Origin: Hypanus sabinus
Lineage: Eukaryota
Reading direction: 5' to 3'
Assembly: GCF_030144855.1 (NCBI RefSeq)
Contig: NC_082707.1
Coordinates: 124,248,001 to 124,312,000, forward strand
Length of the DNA stretch: 64,000 nt
Positions 62,555-64,000 of this stretch are shown in pieces. How positions within the stretch are numbered: position 1 is the stretch's first letter; every line of letters begins with the position of its first letter. A model generated the notes under the pieces. It did no database searches. It was not told the DNA's origin and worked only from the letters and a program-made list of their open reading frames with translations. Made by a program: the position numbers and the translations under genes.

Positions 62555-62830
62555 ACTGCAACAAAAAATCTGCTGGAAGAACACAGCGGGTCAAGTAGCA
62601 TCTCTGGGAGGAAATGAATTGTCAGCTCTCCAGGTTGAAACCCTGCAGTTCTTTTTCCCTCCCACAGATGCAGTCTGACCTGCTGAGTTTTTCTAACTGA
62701 TTGTTGCTCCAGATTCCAGCATCATCTTCTCAGTCCTGAAGAAGGATCTCACCCAAAATGTTGACTGTGTTCTTTTCCATGGATGCTGCCTGACCTACTG
62801 AGTTCCTCCAGCGTTTTGCGTGTGATCTTC
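62555..62830 (+). mobile_element. Penelope pLTR-derived cluster: a fold-back (62555-62725) plus a tandem arm with a hammerhead motif (62731-62767)
   Basis: CAGTC-CTGAAGA-AGG-ATCTCAC-CC-AAAA-TGTT-GACTG, then ATGGATGCTGCCTGACCTACTGAGTTCCTCCAGCG. Confidence 0.7.
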
Positions 62831-64000
62831 AGTCCCTTGTATCTGACATTTTTACTTACACTTCACAAGCACTTCAGTTTCTGTAGAAGATTTGACTCTT
62901 GCTGGACTTTGGCAGGATACTTTAGAAATAAAATTTCTTCCATTGAAGCCTACCCATTTGACAATGCTGTAGGTCACTTTTCTCTACCTGGGAGTCAGGT
63001 TACAGTTCTCAGAACTGTCTTAAAGGGTGATATATAATGGTGCCTTGTTTAATGGAGGAGAAACACTCATGAGACTCATTAAATACAAATCAATGCAATG
63101 TGACATCATGGTTTGTGTTCCTCAGCCCACTCAGAATAGGGTAAATCCTCAGCAGTGAGTCTCTGCTGATACTACTGAAGAAAGGCTTCCCTCAAAGGGC
63201 CTGATTGCATTCCATTCCATTCCATTCCTCTCCCGTTCTCATCAATTTGCCCTCATATTCTACCCCTCACCTGTATACTCATCTGTAATTTACTGTGGCT
63301 GATTAACCCACCAAACAACATGTCTTTGGAATGAGGAAGGAAACCTACATGGTCCAGGGGAGAAGATGCAAACCCACACTGAAGACACCCTAGCTTAGGA
63401 CCACTGTTCCCTCTGAGTTGTGTGGCCACACAGTAACTGCAATGCTCCCGTGCACATAGCCTTCGTTGCTGTGCAGCTGCAATTTTCTTTTATATCATGT
63501 TTTATTAAAGTGCTGCATGGTTTTCAAGCCATGTAAACATTTCCTGCTCAGAGCAACAGTTGGTCTGTGCAGCTGTAAAAAAAATAAAGGGAACATTAGT
63601 TAGGGCTGAACCTGCATTTTTCTACTAGCTCTGCAACTTTTCTGCATTGTTGTGACCCTCCCAGGTTTCAGACCGAGGTTGCCTAACTTTTAGTCAGACC
63701 CGAAACTGGCCAGGAAGGAGGGAGGGTTCTGGCCCAGGTACTGCAGTCAAGGATTCTGATGAGAGCAGACTGAGGAAGCTGCTAGTTGCCCCAGTCAGCC
63801 AAATAGCTCAAGGTTCTCGAGTTCATTCACAGACTTGGAGGATGGACTGCTGGGGTCTGACTATCAAGCCACAGATTAGCCACAATCTAACTCGAGCCAC
63901 CTGCCCACCATTACTACATATCCCTCTATTGTGCCCCCAAGCAAAGCTCAAATTGAGCCCAGACACCAGCATTTGTGCAAGGTGAAGAGAATTTATTCAA

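Noticed and set aside
15311-62767. Idea that hammerheads sense to the host pre-mRNA are selectively inactivated while antisense copies stay intact
   Set aside because: The plus-strand copies also have lesions (lost U of the cleavage triplet, lost helix I, or GAAA>AAAA), and there are too few copies to test.
5384-62830. Recurrent ~35-bp motif as a CRISPR-like array
   Set aside because: The copies are dispersed, in both orientations and embedded in Penelope ends in a vertebrate genome. There is no repeat-spacer periodicity and no cas genes.

Overview
This is vertebrate genomic DNA, most likely from a cartilaginous fish (ray or shark); that is an inference from the mix of HE1/HER1-type V-SINE, CR1, Rex1/Babar and Penelope repeats. 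Most of the window is intronic sequence of a minus-strand RhoGEF gene of the PLEKHG1/2/3 family, most like fish plekhg2. One clear coding exon (23558-23979) encodes the Ser-rich N-terminus and the start of the DH domain. Two CpG-rich regions (~51.2-52.2 kb and ~59.6-60.6 kb) each hold a short candidate first coding exon whose phase-1 donor joins that exon in frame. The rest is a layered set of mostly decayed transposons: nested CR1/Rex1 LINEs, Penelope-like elements and their hairpin derivatives, a two-LTR BEL/Pao element, a young solo LTR, Tc1- and Harbinger-derived MITEs, and several SINE families. There is one assembly gap (45700-45902). Highlights: (1) about eight decayed copies of a minimal hammerhead ribozyme motif in Penelope terminal repeats, with many lesions at CpG positions of the core; (2) a Penelope-derived hairpin inserted at the apex of a pre-existing palindrome; (3) the BEL/Pao element; (4) the two-promoter gene architecture. 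No rRNA, true tRNA or CRISPR features were seen, and nearly all ORF-track entries are repeat fragments or chance ORFs. Repeat boundaries are approximate unless a TSD or TIR is quoted.
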